In this document: one piece after another, positions 1 through 12,599 of the stretch
Layout of the letters: each line of letters begins with the position of its first letter
How positions within the stretch are numbered: position 1 is the first letter of the stretch
Assembly (NCBI RefSeq): GCF_003918875.1
Contig: NW_025767412.1
Location: 2,790,001-2,854,000 of the forward strand
Length of the DNA: 64,000 nucleotides
Direction of reading: 5' to 3'
DNA from: Haliotis rubra
Lineage: Eukaryota
Position numbers and translations under genes: made by a program
Notes under the pieces: generated by a model
Told to the model about the DNA's origin: nothing
The model's database searches: none
What the model saw: only the letters and a program-made list of their open reading frames with translations

Positions 1-1452
1 GGGTCCTCGCGTTGATTACTCACTATTCTAATACTGGCCGTGATTTCATTTTCATACACGCGTATACCCTAATTACACGCTACATATAGTTGCTAAGAGT
101 ATCACACATCGTGTTTACGTTACAGCAATGGATCATATTATCGTCACACAAGAGTTGACCATATCGCTAACACGGCGAATGGAATCAGCTCAATACAGCA
201 TTCAGCATTCCAGACAAGCTGTGTGAAACTCAAGTCGGGACTATAGTGGAATTCCAGGGTCTAATGAGTCGTGGGCGATTAGCAAGGAGTATTTGTTTAT
301 ATTCCATAGAGACAGTCGCTGTGATCTCGTAGTGTGCAGCATTTCCGGGTTGGACTGATTGTGATCACTAGGCTGGACAAGGAAAGCCGACCGACGCTGA
401 TCGATCGTTGACGTGAAGTCTATATGTGTGTATGTATTTGTTGATGAACCATGGGTACTAATTACTCCGCGTTGTGGAAACGTATTTCCCGACTGACTTA
501 GTGCGCAGTGAATCATTAATAGTCGTAAGGAGAGCCAGATTGCGTGCTGTAATTGAAGCCTTGCGAAAAACTGTCATATTCACTACAAATGTAACATAAA
601 ATGGTTTCTTTTTGAAGTTTCTTCAACATTTAAAGCAATACAAAAGACAGATTTACGCCACCAGTAATATTTATTTTTAGTTTAGCAAATATGAAAGGAT
701 TCTTTAACTTTAAATCCTAAAAAGGCGGAATACGAAATGGGGGAGCAGGAAAAAGAAGACTAAAACTATGGCGAGCATCTTTCTTAGACAGCAATTGATA
801 CGTTTCGGTAAAGATCCGTGGATATAAGTTAGACTACAGAGTTAATACAGTACAGAAATATACATAGTTGACAAGGATCTACCGTTCCGACCGTTCCAAC
901 CGTGAGGGGGATAAACACGGGTTAACTGATAACAATAGAAGGGAGGTATTGTCACAACATAACGGTAGATTACACGAGATGAAGCCAGTTAAACCAGATT
1001 AAATTACTAACCTCCGCGATCGGAAAACGATGTTCAATACAACTTGTATATTTCTGAGAGAAATCACCCACGACGGTACTTGATGTACAATTTTATAGCA
1101 GTTTTCAGGAGGTACAAAATGGCATCCTTTAATATGAGTTTAGAGAATAGAATGCATAGATACTAAATTCATTTTACTAATTGTGTTATACACATCATTA
1201 AGGAATTCAGAGACGCCGTTTGGATCTCTTACACTGTTAGTGGTCATACGATTCTTAAACAGCCTTCATCTCTGCTGATGGAAGGCTTGTGGCTGCGAAT
1301 ACGACCTCCTTCCGATAGTTTTCTTATTGTGAAGTTGACTAGTTAGTTTGAGAGGATTTGGATGGGATTTTATTCATTTGATGTTGTGATGAAGTTGAAA
1401 TCTCAGCGTGCATTATACAGTTGTTACTCCCATGTTTGTGAATGTGTCAATG

Positions 1453-1703
1453 CCATTATAAGATCCGAGATAGAATTGGTCATCAGCACCCCATGCTTGA
1501 CGTGAGAAGCGACTAACGGGATCGGGTGGGCAGGCTCGCTGACTTGGTTGACACATGTCATCGTATCTCAATTGTGAAAGTCGATACTCATGATATTGAT
1601 CACAGGATTGTCTGGTCCAGACTCGATATTTGTACATACATCCGCCGTATAGCTGGAATATTGCTGAGATTGCTTCGTGAAACAACAAACAAACAAACAA
1701 ACA
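1453..1703 (+). mobile_element. SINE family C (no tRNA head; structured head; (AAAC)n tail)
   Basis: Matches the copies at 4717, 10386, 33450, 58850, 61855 and 62190. Confidence 0.85.
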
Positions 1704-1801
1704 ATGGCACTATGAAACCGTTTGTCTGTACCAAGGATATTTTAAAAGACCGCGGATTCCTGTTTAGGCTCACATATGTATGCCTTCATGTGTGTGTACA
1801 G

Positions 1802-1880
1802 GTGTTCCCATATTTTTGTCATATTCAGCTGAAACCTTCTCACAAATACACACTGGCTGGAGCATTAGTTCGTCTTCAAG
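1802..1880 (+). CDS. Candidate internal coding exon (VFPYFCHIQLKPSHKYTLAGALVRLQ)
   Basis: acAG acceptor at 1800-1801 and AAG|GTATTT donor at 1881; the phase-1 end is compatible with the 5776 exon. Confidence 0.25.
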
Positions 1881-2696
1881 GTATTTGATAATCACCGCTA
1901 ATCCAGTATCTTTGACCTAAACGGCTTGTGTTTAAGTCAGCGTTGCTAATGGGCAAGCCGAGCGAAAATGTGTTCACAAATTGATCTTTTTTTACTTCTG
2001 TATATGAAAATGTTAATGGACAATCGATTTGTAACAACAATAATACCGATGGCTCAGAAATGTTTCGCAAACGTTGTGAATAGGAACGATACTTGACCCG
2101 CTTCCCACAAAGCGACAGGGATACTGGTTGGCAGATAAAGATCCCTGCAAGGTTTTCATAGAACTATTATGTTTAAAGATTTGGTCTTGAAGACAGTGTC
2201 CGGCTGATGGTGTATCTGAGCTGTCCGCGGTGTTCAGCGTGTTAAATACGGCGATACACCCCATACATTTACAACCTAACAGCTTCCTCATGCATGTAGA
2301 ATGTCCCTCTAGAAGAGATATCTCACACGGAAAGTGTTCATGCGAACATTACAAGGCTGATGGTTGACACATAGCCATATCGCATACCTATATCAGACAC
2401 CTATATCACATGGCTGCATCACATAGCTATATCACACAGCATATGGCTTTTTTAAATGTGCAATGTATATGACGTTTTGCGTACATGTGTTTATATCACA
2501 TGGCTGCAGAGATATATTCGGTTAAAACACATGTCTATATGGTATTTATAAGTTATAAATAGCCGATAAAAAAAGAGATAGTCCCACGGCAATAATTGCT
2601 TCTGTGCCATTTGAATTGGTCGTAATCAGTCAGTCTATACCACTATCTGAGGTAGGAGAATGGCCCATTCGTCTTAAGCGGCCATTATTGTGCAGA

Positions 2697-2860
2697 GGGG
2701 CGGTGGGGTAGCCTAGTGGTGAAAGCGTCCGCTCGTCACACCGAAGACCCGTGTTCGATTTCCCACATGGGTACAATGAGTGAAGCCCATTTCTGGTGTC
2801 CCCCGCCGTGATATTGCTGGAATATTGCTAAAAGTGGCGTAAAACTAAACTCACTCACTC
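2697..2860 (+). mobile_element. SINE family A (tRNA-Asp-like head, (ACTC)n tail)
   Basis: A-box TAGCCTAGTGG, GTC anticodon-like arm, B-box GTTCGATT, shared 3' core; many copies in the window. Confidence 0.88.
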
Positions 2861-3612
2861 TACTCTTCTGGAAATAAGCCGGTTTTGGAGTACTAGCTCA
2901 CTCAAACACCAACCCGTATTTAATAAATGGATGCAGCATCAAAGATAATATCACAGTATCCTGACTACGTGCCTACCCATAATGAATCCCGATTCGACCC
3001 AGTTATGTTTGTGGGAGCATCCGCACCATGCCCGTGCTCTATCAGGACCGTAACATCGACTGTCACCAAGGTGGTCAACGTTTAAAGGTACATCACTACG
3101 AGCTTGAATGCAGACATTCCAAATGGATATTCTAGTAGCAGCAGCACTGGTAGGTGTAATAGTGGTAGGTGGTAGTAGTAGTATTTGTGTTTGCAGTAGT
3201 TGTGGTAGCTGTAGTTGTAGCAGTAAGCAATATTCTAGTTTGCAAATAATCCAGTGATTGACATCATGAGCATCTATCCGAACCCGAACCCCTCCGAACC
3301 CGTCCCCCCGATCGATTCCCCACGTTTCAGGTGTCCTCCGTTGTGACGTTTCCAGGATGTTGCTAAACGCTCTCACTTACTCTCGTCTATACCCTATACA
3401 CGAGGAAATGAATATTATAACTAGAGATTCAAGTGTAAAATTATTTGGCACATCTAGGGTTGGACTCCATGTCAATTGTATTTTAAGGTTGTTTTTTTAT
3501 AGCATAGTCTTTTTTTGTTGTTGTTTTTTATTCTCTTTATTTGTTTATAGTTTGTAGATAGTAACCTCTAGAGGTCACCACAGAAATTATTACAGGACTA
3601 ATTTTGGATTGA

Positions 3613-3677
3613 CAGTGGACTCACTCTAAACCGACATCCCTCTAAACCGACATTTTTCACCGGTCCCGAGTCCACTG
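3613..3677. mobile_element. Tiny Tc1/mariner-pogo-like MITE remnant
   Basis: Perfect 10-bp TIR CAGTGGACTC/GAGTCCACTG, TA on the right, internal repeat CTCTAAACCGACAT x2. Confidence 0.55.
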
Positions 3678-3769
3678 TATAATGTTTCAGATAAGATAAA
3701 CATATTTCTGGGACTAATTGTAAGGCCTAAGGATATCAGAACGGCTGTACACGCTGTATATGTTCGCAT

Positions 3770-3900
3770 GGTGTTCAAATAGTTTGCTCGTCACACCTAA
3801 ATCCCGAGTTCGACTCCTTACGTGGGAACGACGGTTAAAGCATATTTCAGGTAAATGTAATTACATGTGTATTACTAACTGTAACGTAAATCCATACTCA
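3770..3900 (+). mobile_element. Highly degenerate family A SINE
   Basis: GCTCGTCACACC...GTTCGACTCC...CGTAAATCCATACTCA. Confidence 0.5.
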
Positions 3901-4716
3901 TTCTGTAATAGGAACAATAATAGAAATTGGAGCTGAACTAAATGATCAGAGATAGTTCATTACTAAACCCAACTATTTATGTAACGGAATGATCGGTTAC
4001 CGCGACCCCTGTTAACTGTGTTCAGCCAGATTGTGGAGGGTTCAATCAGATCCCCACACAGTTGTGTGTGAAGACTCATGCAACAGGTTAACCCGACCCT
4101 TCCCCGAATGTGACCGCTGTCGAGGTAGACGTGCACGGACCCGCACATATTTCCTTCTCTGATGCAATAAACGCATTTCCTGGCCATAGATTCATTCATG
4201 AACACACCTCGACATAAACATCGGACATAGATATCGGAGATCTGATTGGTTAAAGAGATCGCTGCCTGATTGGTTTGTTTCACATCCCACGTGCGTTGAT
4301 CTGCGACACGTCACAACATGCTATCATTCATAACCTGCTGTTCATTCACTGACTGCTGGAAAATTGCGCCAGTTTTCTATTTCACAATCAGAATTTCATT
4401 ATCAGCTTCAAACAACAATCGATCATGTTATATGTCACCGGCACTGTAAATTAATTTGATTTTCATCTAAAATTCGATAAACGAAACAGGTGTCTTTGAC
4501 AACATATTGACGTATTCATTGACGTATTCATAGTTGCCTTGACACAGTTTGGAAGATCGTTCAGAAGAACACCTTTACGGAGACTGTTACGAACAATCAT
4601 CAGGTATTCTTGATTCCGTGAATGCTAAAGCACTATGTTTTTAACTACAATTTAATAATAATGATATAACGTGTCTGGGAATAGAATCAATCAAATGTTT
4701 CTCCATTTCACACTGT

Positions 4717-4936
4717 ACCCATCAAGGTCCGGGTAGAACTGATTTTCAGCGACAGATGTTTGTTAGAAGAGGCGGCTAACGGGATCGAGTGATCAGGCTC
4801 GCTGACCTGGTTGACATATGTCATCGTGTCGCAGTTGCGTAGATCAATGCTCATGGTGTTAATCACTAGATTGTCTGGTCCAGGCTCGATTATTTACAAA
4901 CCGCCGCCGGATAGCTGGAATATTGCTGAGTGCGGC
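4717..4936 (+). mobile_element. SINE family C, lacking its tail
   Basis: Similarity to family C. Confidence 0.8.
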
Positions 4937-5384
4937 CTCTGGTCTCATTGGGGCTCCTTTTCAAATGGCCTATTTGTTACCATCAAAATTATATATATTC
5001 AGAGACTAAGCGTTCGTCTACACTGGTCAATGCAGTGTCGACTTGAATATAAGTTCGGAATGTAGACGTTCCTGATTATCAGGGTTCCATAGCCGTCCTG
5101 TATTTCTGTTATATTTGTAAAGGGGACAATGAATCGAATTTATCGATCGACATGTGTATGATCTGGATGAAGCGACCGACAATTCTGGGTGGAGGTTACC
5201 CGCCGATGTGTGTGACATACCCCTCAAGTGTGGGGCGTCATATGACATACACATTCACATGTACAATAACTCACTTGCAAGGCACATTCAAATGTAAAAC
5301 CTCATAAAGCAACGATGTTCACAGGTAAGACGGCATTCACAGGTAAGACAAAGTTATTGACGTTGCCCACTCATGTAATACGAA

Positions 5385-5620
5385 CAAAACCATTCACCCC
5401 ACATTCACGTGTAACAAAAAAACATTCACCCCACATTCACGTGTAACAAAAAACATTCACCCCACATTCCCGTGTAACAAAAAACATTCACTCCACATTC
5501 ACGTGTAACAAAGAACATTCACCCCACATTCCCGTGTAACAAAAACACATTCACCCCCACATTCACGTGTAACAAAAAAACATTCACCTCACATTCACGT
5601 GTAATACAAAACCATTCACG
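5385..5620. repeat. Minisatellite, 31-32-bp unit
   Basis: ACATTCACCCCACATTCACGTGTAACAAAAAA, about 7 copies. Confidence 0.9.
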
Positions 5621-5775
5621 CCTGTTCTTGCTGTCATCCATAGGTTTTCCTCACAAATGCCGCCGTGAAACAGATATTGCTCTTTCGGGCGTAAACATCC
5701 ACTCACTCGGCATGCACACAATATATCCACATACTATTTACACACAATTTATCTGTGTCCTAATGGGGTTTGCAG

Positions 5776-5993
5776 TCCAGATCGTGTTCGTGACTCGCCA
5801 TGACCTCCGACACTGTGAAAGAAAGTGTTCCGCATGGGCACACCAGTGCTTCCGAGAAGCCATTTCCTGCAAGCTGGTGAATGTGCTGTGGAAGCTGGGA
5901 GTGCGGCAGTCGAGGCCGTGTGTAGGATACACTGGCCGCCGTGTGACCAGTCACCACATCAATGCCCGCGTACTGGCCGTGTACTTCCACTGA
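5776..5993 (+). CDS. Candidate terminal coding exon of an unrecognised gene, possibly spliced to 1802-1880
   Basis: GC3-rich codon usage (CTG GTG...CTG TGG AAG CTG), branch-like CCTAAT plus tttgcAG acceptor, ends in TGA. No family recognised. Confidence 0.35.
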
Positions 5994-6233
5994 CCAGGGA
6001 GGATGGTGTTGTCCTCACGTTTTGACGCTGGACCGTGGGAGAGGATACCCTCACTATTTACACAACCACAGTGCCCGTTCTGTAATGAAGAAGACGTATA
6101 TGAAGCAAGTCTAGATTTTCCTTAGTCTTCCAGTTCACTGAACTCCTTCTCAATTAAAATGAACTTCTATCAGAATTACATATTTTCAGAAACTAAGCGC
6201 TCGTCTACTACCGACACTTTCCTCTTCCTTCGA

Positions 6234-6748
6234 GGGGCGGGGACCGCCTCCGTGGTGTAGTGGTTAGAGCGTCCGCCCGGAGAGCGGAAGGTCGCGGGTT
6301 CGATCCCCGACCGCGTCATACCAAAAGACGTTAAAATATGGTACTTGTTGGTCCCTGCCTGGCGCTCGCCATTAATGGGTACAACAAGGACAGGTCGGCT
6401 CGGAGTCGGTATAATGTGTCTGAGTGGGGTATTCATGCTTCACTCCGGCATGGTATCTCAGTGGTCTAGCACTCTAAAAAGTCTGGGCTAGTACAAGCAG
6501 CCGCACATACACATACACACGCATGCACGTTGTCATATGAGCGAAATATTCTCAAGCACGACGTAGAACCCAATTTCACCTCACCTCACCTCGAGGGGCG
6601 GTGGGGTAGCCTAGTGGTTAAAGCGTCTGCTCGTCACGCCGAAGACTCGGGTTCGATTCCCCACATGTGTAAAGCATTTTTGGTGTCCCCCGCCGTGATA
6701 TTGCTGGAATATTGCTAAACGTGGCGTAAAAACATATTCACTCACTCA
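6234..6748 (+). mobile_element. SINE family A interrupted at its 5' end by a family B SINE
   Basis: TSD CTCTTCCTTCGA at 6222-6233 and 6749-6760; the body resumes at 6595. Confidence 0.88.
6240..6590 (+). mobile_element. SINE family B (tRNA head, Meta/Deu-like body, (TCACC)n tail)
   Basis: Near-identical to 27232-27590; TSD TCGAGGGGCG at 6230-6239 and 6591-6600. Confidence 0.9.
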
Positions 6749-7125
6749 CTCTTCCTTCGATACTAAGTTAGTGAATGTCACATACAACCACTGGCCTATC
6801 TCAGCGGTATTCTGCATTATTCAAGGGACTTAGTATGACTTAACGTGCCTTTCAAAAATATCTTAACAATACCACGGGGCCATTGGTGTCATCTTCACTC
6901 ATAGTACCCCTCCGAAACTATAACCCAGACAGTGACGTGATAACCGAACACCCTTAAAACAAGACCACCTTATCTCCCAGTTATATTCTGCCCTCATCCC
7001 AGCAAACCAGGGGCTGATAGTGTGAGAGTCGGTCAGTGGAATGAGGCCTCAGCAGCAGCAGCAGATGTGCTGGTGCACTTTCTAATGGGACATCCAATCC
7101 ACAATTTAGTGGACGGTGTACTCTT

Positions 7126-7359
7126 CAGGGAAAGAAACCTTTCAAAATTTCCTACTTGACAACAGGACCAGTGAGTGGACAATAATTAGTGGCCCTGTCT
7201 GTACTTCACTGGTCCAAAATAACATTCGTATAGATTTCGATACAAAGACTATCGATTCAAAATCCACTGGCGTCCAGGACCACTGCAAATTTCATTTAGT
7301 GGTCCTGGTGAATTTGTACTAGCCAGGGACCACAGGACCAGCGTAAATTTCGCACACTG
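7126..7359. mobile_element. hAT-like MITE with 5-bp TSD
   Basis: Imperfect TIR CAGGGAAAGAAA / TTTCGCACACTG, CTCTT duplicated on both sides, repeated GGACCA/TGGTCC subterminal motifs. Confidence 0.5.
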
Positions 7360-8129
7360 CTCTTTCTGAAAGACGCCATTATACCTGAGTCAGTCTTTGT
7401 AATATTCGATCTCGTTATACAAATAACGAGTTGTGCAATGTGCTAAAAGCGTTCTTAATTCGTAAAAATAAGATTGAGAACCTCTCCTTCTTGAAGGTAT
7501 TATACCTTGAATGACTGACGTGTGTGTCGCACACAGCAATGTTCCAACTGTATGGAGAGTGTCACCTACCTATATACACTGTAGTTGTTACACGACTATT
7601 TCAAACCATTTTGGTTCAAAATAATTATTTCTTAAACAATATCCAATTCAGGCTGCAACTGACCTCCGTAGGTTTTATTTTTTCATTGAAATTAGTTTTT
7701 CGCATCAAGATGTGTTTATCATATGGTAATTACTGTGTTCTGAAGCTGTGTTTAGGGAACACTCGGCACTGAGCTACCGACAGAACCTCCGCGTTCGTTG
7801 CACGGAAGAAAAACGCTTGGGCACAATTTCTTTTAAAACATTCACGTCATTGTCGAAGGCAACATGTTTCTCGGGATGATCCAAACGTGACCAGTACGAC
7901 ATCTTAATTTTGTTGTCATGGCAACACGTCGACAATTGTGAAGACTATTTTAACCTAGTTTTCCATAACAGTAAGCAGCAACCCAGTAAACGACATGGAC
8001 CACGACTGAACTACCAAGATATAAACTGCCCAACAGCCACGATAATAATGATAAACAAAGGACTTGCCACAGTCATATGATATGTTTGTCTGACGTCGCA
8101 CTCTGCAGTATAACAGCTACATGAGTTTA

Positions 8130-8826
8130 GACCAGATAATTCAGTGATTACAAACACAAGCATGTAGATATACTCAACTGGGATCAAATGACAATCATCA
8201 ACACAGCGAGGCTCACCGCCAATCCTGTTAGTCGCCTCTTGCGACAATTATCGGTTAATGAATACAAATTGTAACCCTGTTTTTTGCGGCCCATGGTCCT
8301 ATGAAGTCCCTGCTTGAAACAGAACCACTTGCACAATTCCGACTGCATTGAATGCATTGATTATGAATAAACTAATATCATACTTTGAAATTTCCAATTG
8401 CGTAGATCGATGTTCATGCTGTTGATTACTGGATTGTCTGGTCCAGATCCGATTATTTCCAGACCGCCGCCATATAGCTAGAATATTGCTGAGTGTGGCG
8501 TAAAACTCAACTCACTCACTCACTCACTCACTCACTTTGCTATTTCGTTCTTAATTAAAATTCATTTTTCAGTCAAATAAGTACATCAGTACACGTTTCA
8601 GTACATGAGTACGAGAGACTCGATTATTTACAGACCGCCGACATACACTCACTCACTCACTCACTTTGCTATTTCGTTCTTAATTAAAATTCATTTTTCA
8701 GTCAAATAAGTACATCAGTACACGTTTCAGTACATGAGTACGAGAGACTCGATTATTTACAGACCGCCGACATACAGCTGGAATATTGCTGCGTGCGGCG
8801 TAAAACTAAACTCACTCACTCACTCA
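8130..8826. mobile_element. Cluster of family C fragments: reverse degenerate 8130-8295, forward 8395-8535, 5'-truncated 8746-8826, with a 129-bp local duplication
   Basis: Family C core motifs; TSD ACATGAGTACGAGA around the last fragment. Confidence 0.72.
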
Positions 8827-10385
8827 CATGAGTACGAGAAGATGTTAAGAGATGCTACTTATTGTTTTCCTGCCTGTCGACTGTTACGAAAGGGATTTAA
8901 ACAGGACCGGTCGACGCGGGAACTGTATGTTTTAACTGAGTGGTATCCATTTTAAACTCACTTGGCACTATCGGTAGCAGTATACAGCCGACATCTGTCC
9001 GGATCGGTACAAGCAAGCACAAGCACACGCACATGCACATGCACACGCACGCGCGTACGTATGCATATGTCCTTAACACTGTACTCGACGTTAAACCCTG
9101 TTTCACGTATCTTCATCCAACAATGAGCGGCGGAAAGGTGGGGTTTTCGGATTGGCGGGGTTTTATTCATCTTCCCACCAACGCAAAGCCTATTTATTCA
9201 AATAAATGTCTATGCGATTTAAATATGAGTATGTATATTAAGGAGTACGGATGTCGGTATTGACCCCTGACCTCTGTCCACGACCTTGACCCGACAGGTG
9301 TCCTACATCCTGTCACCAGCCATTTAGCCACTTTACGGCCCAGCAAAAACCCAGACACGCTATAACGAAGGATGCCTTATAGCGGGTGCTTAGACATGAT
9401 AAAATTGCTTTTGTTAATGGCTAGAATTGCTTGAATTTGCCGGATATAGACGGGCTACAATTCACACCTACAAAGTCAACACGCCATGCCAGGACACCCA
9501 ATTCAACGTATATATGCCAATCGACGATAACACATACTGTGGACATTTGTTTCCACGAGGAATGTTTTTATTTTGACGTGACGTCACAGGCACGGAGCAT
9601 CAAAGTAAAAAATTCTATTTATAATCGTCGTATGTATATAAATAGCCGTGAATGGTGCAAGTTACGCGTGGTAAGCGTTTAAAAGGAGTAGATTTCCAGC
9701 GATAATAAAGCCCGCCTGGGAGTAGGTGTGGATGCAAGCGTAAATCTTTAAAGGGAATTATTAAAGCGACGCGAGTTTAATATCACTTGTGCCATGTGGG
9801 GATCGCTGCAGATTGGCTCAACCATTGATCCGTCTGAGACAGCATAACACGTCGCGACATAGTTGTCAAAAACGACATCTCAACAATATCAGCTCATTTA
9901 AACATGACCAGCTGCCTTTCAAATTGAAAAAATGTTGTTTGTTTATAATTGCTACACTTCAGTCGCGGAATGCTGATGAAACTTTTAAAAGATTAAAAGT
10001 ACCGTACCTACACAAAGCGATATACTAGACTTTACGGCAGGAATGCTACGTATTCGACTTTTAATGTACGGGTGCTACTCTTGTATAAAGAAGGGAGACA
10101 GTAAACATTAATTATAACTCTCCTCGACAACGTGTCATGAGACATTTATACCTACACCCATGTAAGAAATAACATACAGGTAACATGTCTTCGTGCCGGG
10201 TGCTGATTAACAGGTGTCGCGTGTACCGTGCACGTGGACATATGTTTCTTGTATAGTTGGATATGATGGACTCTGCTTTAAGCAGAGATTGTTTACCTTT
10301 ATGCAAATAGTTAGGTCGCAATTGCTTATTGATCTTACAGTGTATTTATAAGAACACATGTTTTACAACTATGAAACCTAGGAAG

Positions 10386-10663
10386 ACCGTGCAGATCCGT
10401 GTTAGAATGGATCTTCAGCAACCCATGCTTGTCTCCCCATGAAGATCCGTGATAGAATTGGTCTTCAGCAACCCATGCTTGTCTCCCCATGAAGATCCGT
10501 GATAGAATTGGTCTTCAGCAACCCATGCTTGTCTCCCCCATGAAGATCCGTGTTAGAATTGATCTTCAGTAACCCAAGATTTATTTGAAAGGCGACAAGT
10601 GGGATTAGCTTCTATCGATGCTCAAGTTGTAAATCACTGGATTGTATGGTCCAGACTCCAGAC
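10386..10663 (+). mobile_element. SINE family C with four tandem head units (50-51 bp period)
   Basis: G(A/C)AGATCCGTG.TAGAAT...CTTCAG.AACCC at 10391, 10441, 10491 and 10542. Confidence 0.85.
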
Positions 10664-11039
10664 TTTCATTTTAGACTTTTTCTAAATTATTTTGTGGGTG
10701 TTGGAGACTGATATGTCGCTTTTGGCTGGCTGTATTTGCTATATAGTCATGGAGAACAAACATACAACCATCTGCGTGTAGGAAGATCACATTGGGACTC
10801 GTGTGAAGGAACTGACGTATATTCCATGTCAAAACATGCATGATTAATATATAGTCAAGTAACAGGTTGAGGGGTCACCTTGACTTGACGTCTTCCTGAT
10901 TTGGGGACACACTGACAAACAGTATGTACCTGATTTGGAGTCATGTGGACACATGCCCTTTAACACGTTTTCTGGTCATTCATACTTTCAGGCCATAATG
11001 TAAAACTCAGGCTGGTACGTTGATGTAAAGTTTTTTAGA

Positions 11040-12055
11040 TAAATTGACACAACATGTTTGTAAGACACATTGACACATGACATGTAACATGTTAGTGGGA
11101 CATATTGACACATGACATGTAACCTGTGTGGGACATATTGACACATGGCATGTGACATGTTAGTGGGACATATTGACACGTGGCATGTAACCTGTGTGGG
11201 ACATATTGACACATGACATGTAACCTGTGTGGGACATATTGACACATGACATGTAACCTGTGTGGGACATATTGACACATGACATGTAACCTGTGTGGGA
11301 CATATTGACACATGGCATGTGACGTGTTTGGGGACATATTGACACATGGCATGTGACATGTTAGTGGGACATATTGACACATGACATGTAACCTGTGTGG
11401 GACATATTGACACGTGGCATGTAACCTGTGTGGGACATATTGACACGTGGCATGTAACCTTTGTGGGACATATTGACACAGGCATGTAACCTGTTTGGGG
11501 ACATATTGACACATGGCATGTGACGTGTTTGGGGACATATTGACACAGGCATGTGACGTGTTTGGGGACATATTGACACAGGCATGTAACCTGTTTGTGG
11601 GACATATTGACACATGACATGTAACCTGTGTGGGACATATTGACACGTGGCATGTAACATGTTTGTGGGACATATTGACACATGGCATGTAACCTGTTTG
11701 GGGACATATTGACACATGGCATGTGACGTGTTTGGGGACATATTGACACAGGCATGTGACGTGTTTGGGGACATATTGACACAGGCATGTAACCTGTTTG
11801 GGGACATATTGACACATGGCATGTGACGTGTTTGGGGACATATTGACACAGGCATGTAACGTGTTTGGGGACATATTGACACATGGCATGTAACCTGTTT
11901 GTGGGACATATTGACACATGACATGTAACCTGTGTGGGACATATTGACACGTGGCATGTAACCTGTGTGGGACATATTGACACATGGCATGTGACATGTT
12001 TGGGGACACATTAACACGTAGGATGTGACGTGTTTAAGGGACACGTTGACACATT
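11040..12055. repeat. Minisatellite, 33-bp unit, about 30 copies
   Basis: GGGACATATTGACACATGACATGTAACCTGTGT; explains the 11-aa periodic minus-strand ORFs. Confidence 0.95.
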
Positions 12056-12599
12056 TTCTCCCACGCATTGGTGGTACATATTTGAAACAGGTTATCGACA
12101 CACTGACACAATAATATGACACCCTGGGGGGCACTTTGACACTTGTCATGACATTTATTGTATGTCTACTTCAAACCACCAAGCCATAAGGGCTTCATAG
12201 AAACTACATCACTACGCTTGAGTTATTAATAATTTGTCGGTGTTATTTAACAGACGCTACCTTGGGCGTAAGGTGACAGGTGTATTGTGAATCTGGTTCT
12301 GTTCCATACCAAGCAACATTCTTCACAATTAAACAAATCGTCTCACACGTTGATAGGACTAAATCCTCGCGCCATTCACACCATATTTCCTGACTGGTGA
12401 GTTTGACGGAATCAATATTGGGAAGCACACGTGGTCCCCTAAATCGCTCACCTTACCTGACAGCGACCCAGGTGTCACAGCGGTGTCTCGTATTGAAACC
12501 ATATCGTGATATATACCTATATCCCTCTAATCTACCTTGTTCTTTAAATATTGCGCCACATTAACTAGCAGGATTGCCGTGCTTCTTTTATGTTTCCTA

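Noticed and set aside
6240-6315. tRNA genes (also at 2697, 12600, 27232, 27883, 29012)
   Set aside because: The tRNA-like heads continue into shared bodies, microsatellite tails and TSDs, with no proper acceptor stem or poly-T terminator. They are SINEs.
10988-12149. Long Cys/His-rich minus-strand ORFs (262-331 aa)
   Set aside because: They are translations of a 33-bp minisatellite that is open in all three frames, with no gene structure.
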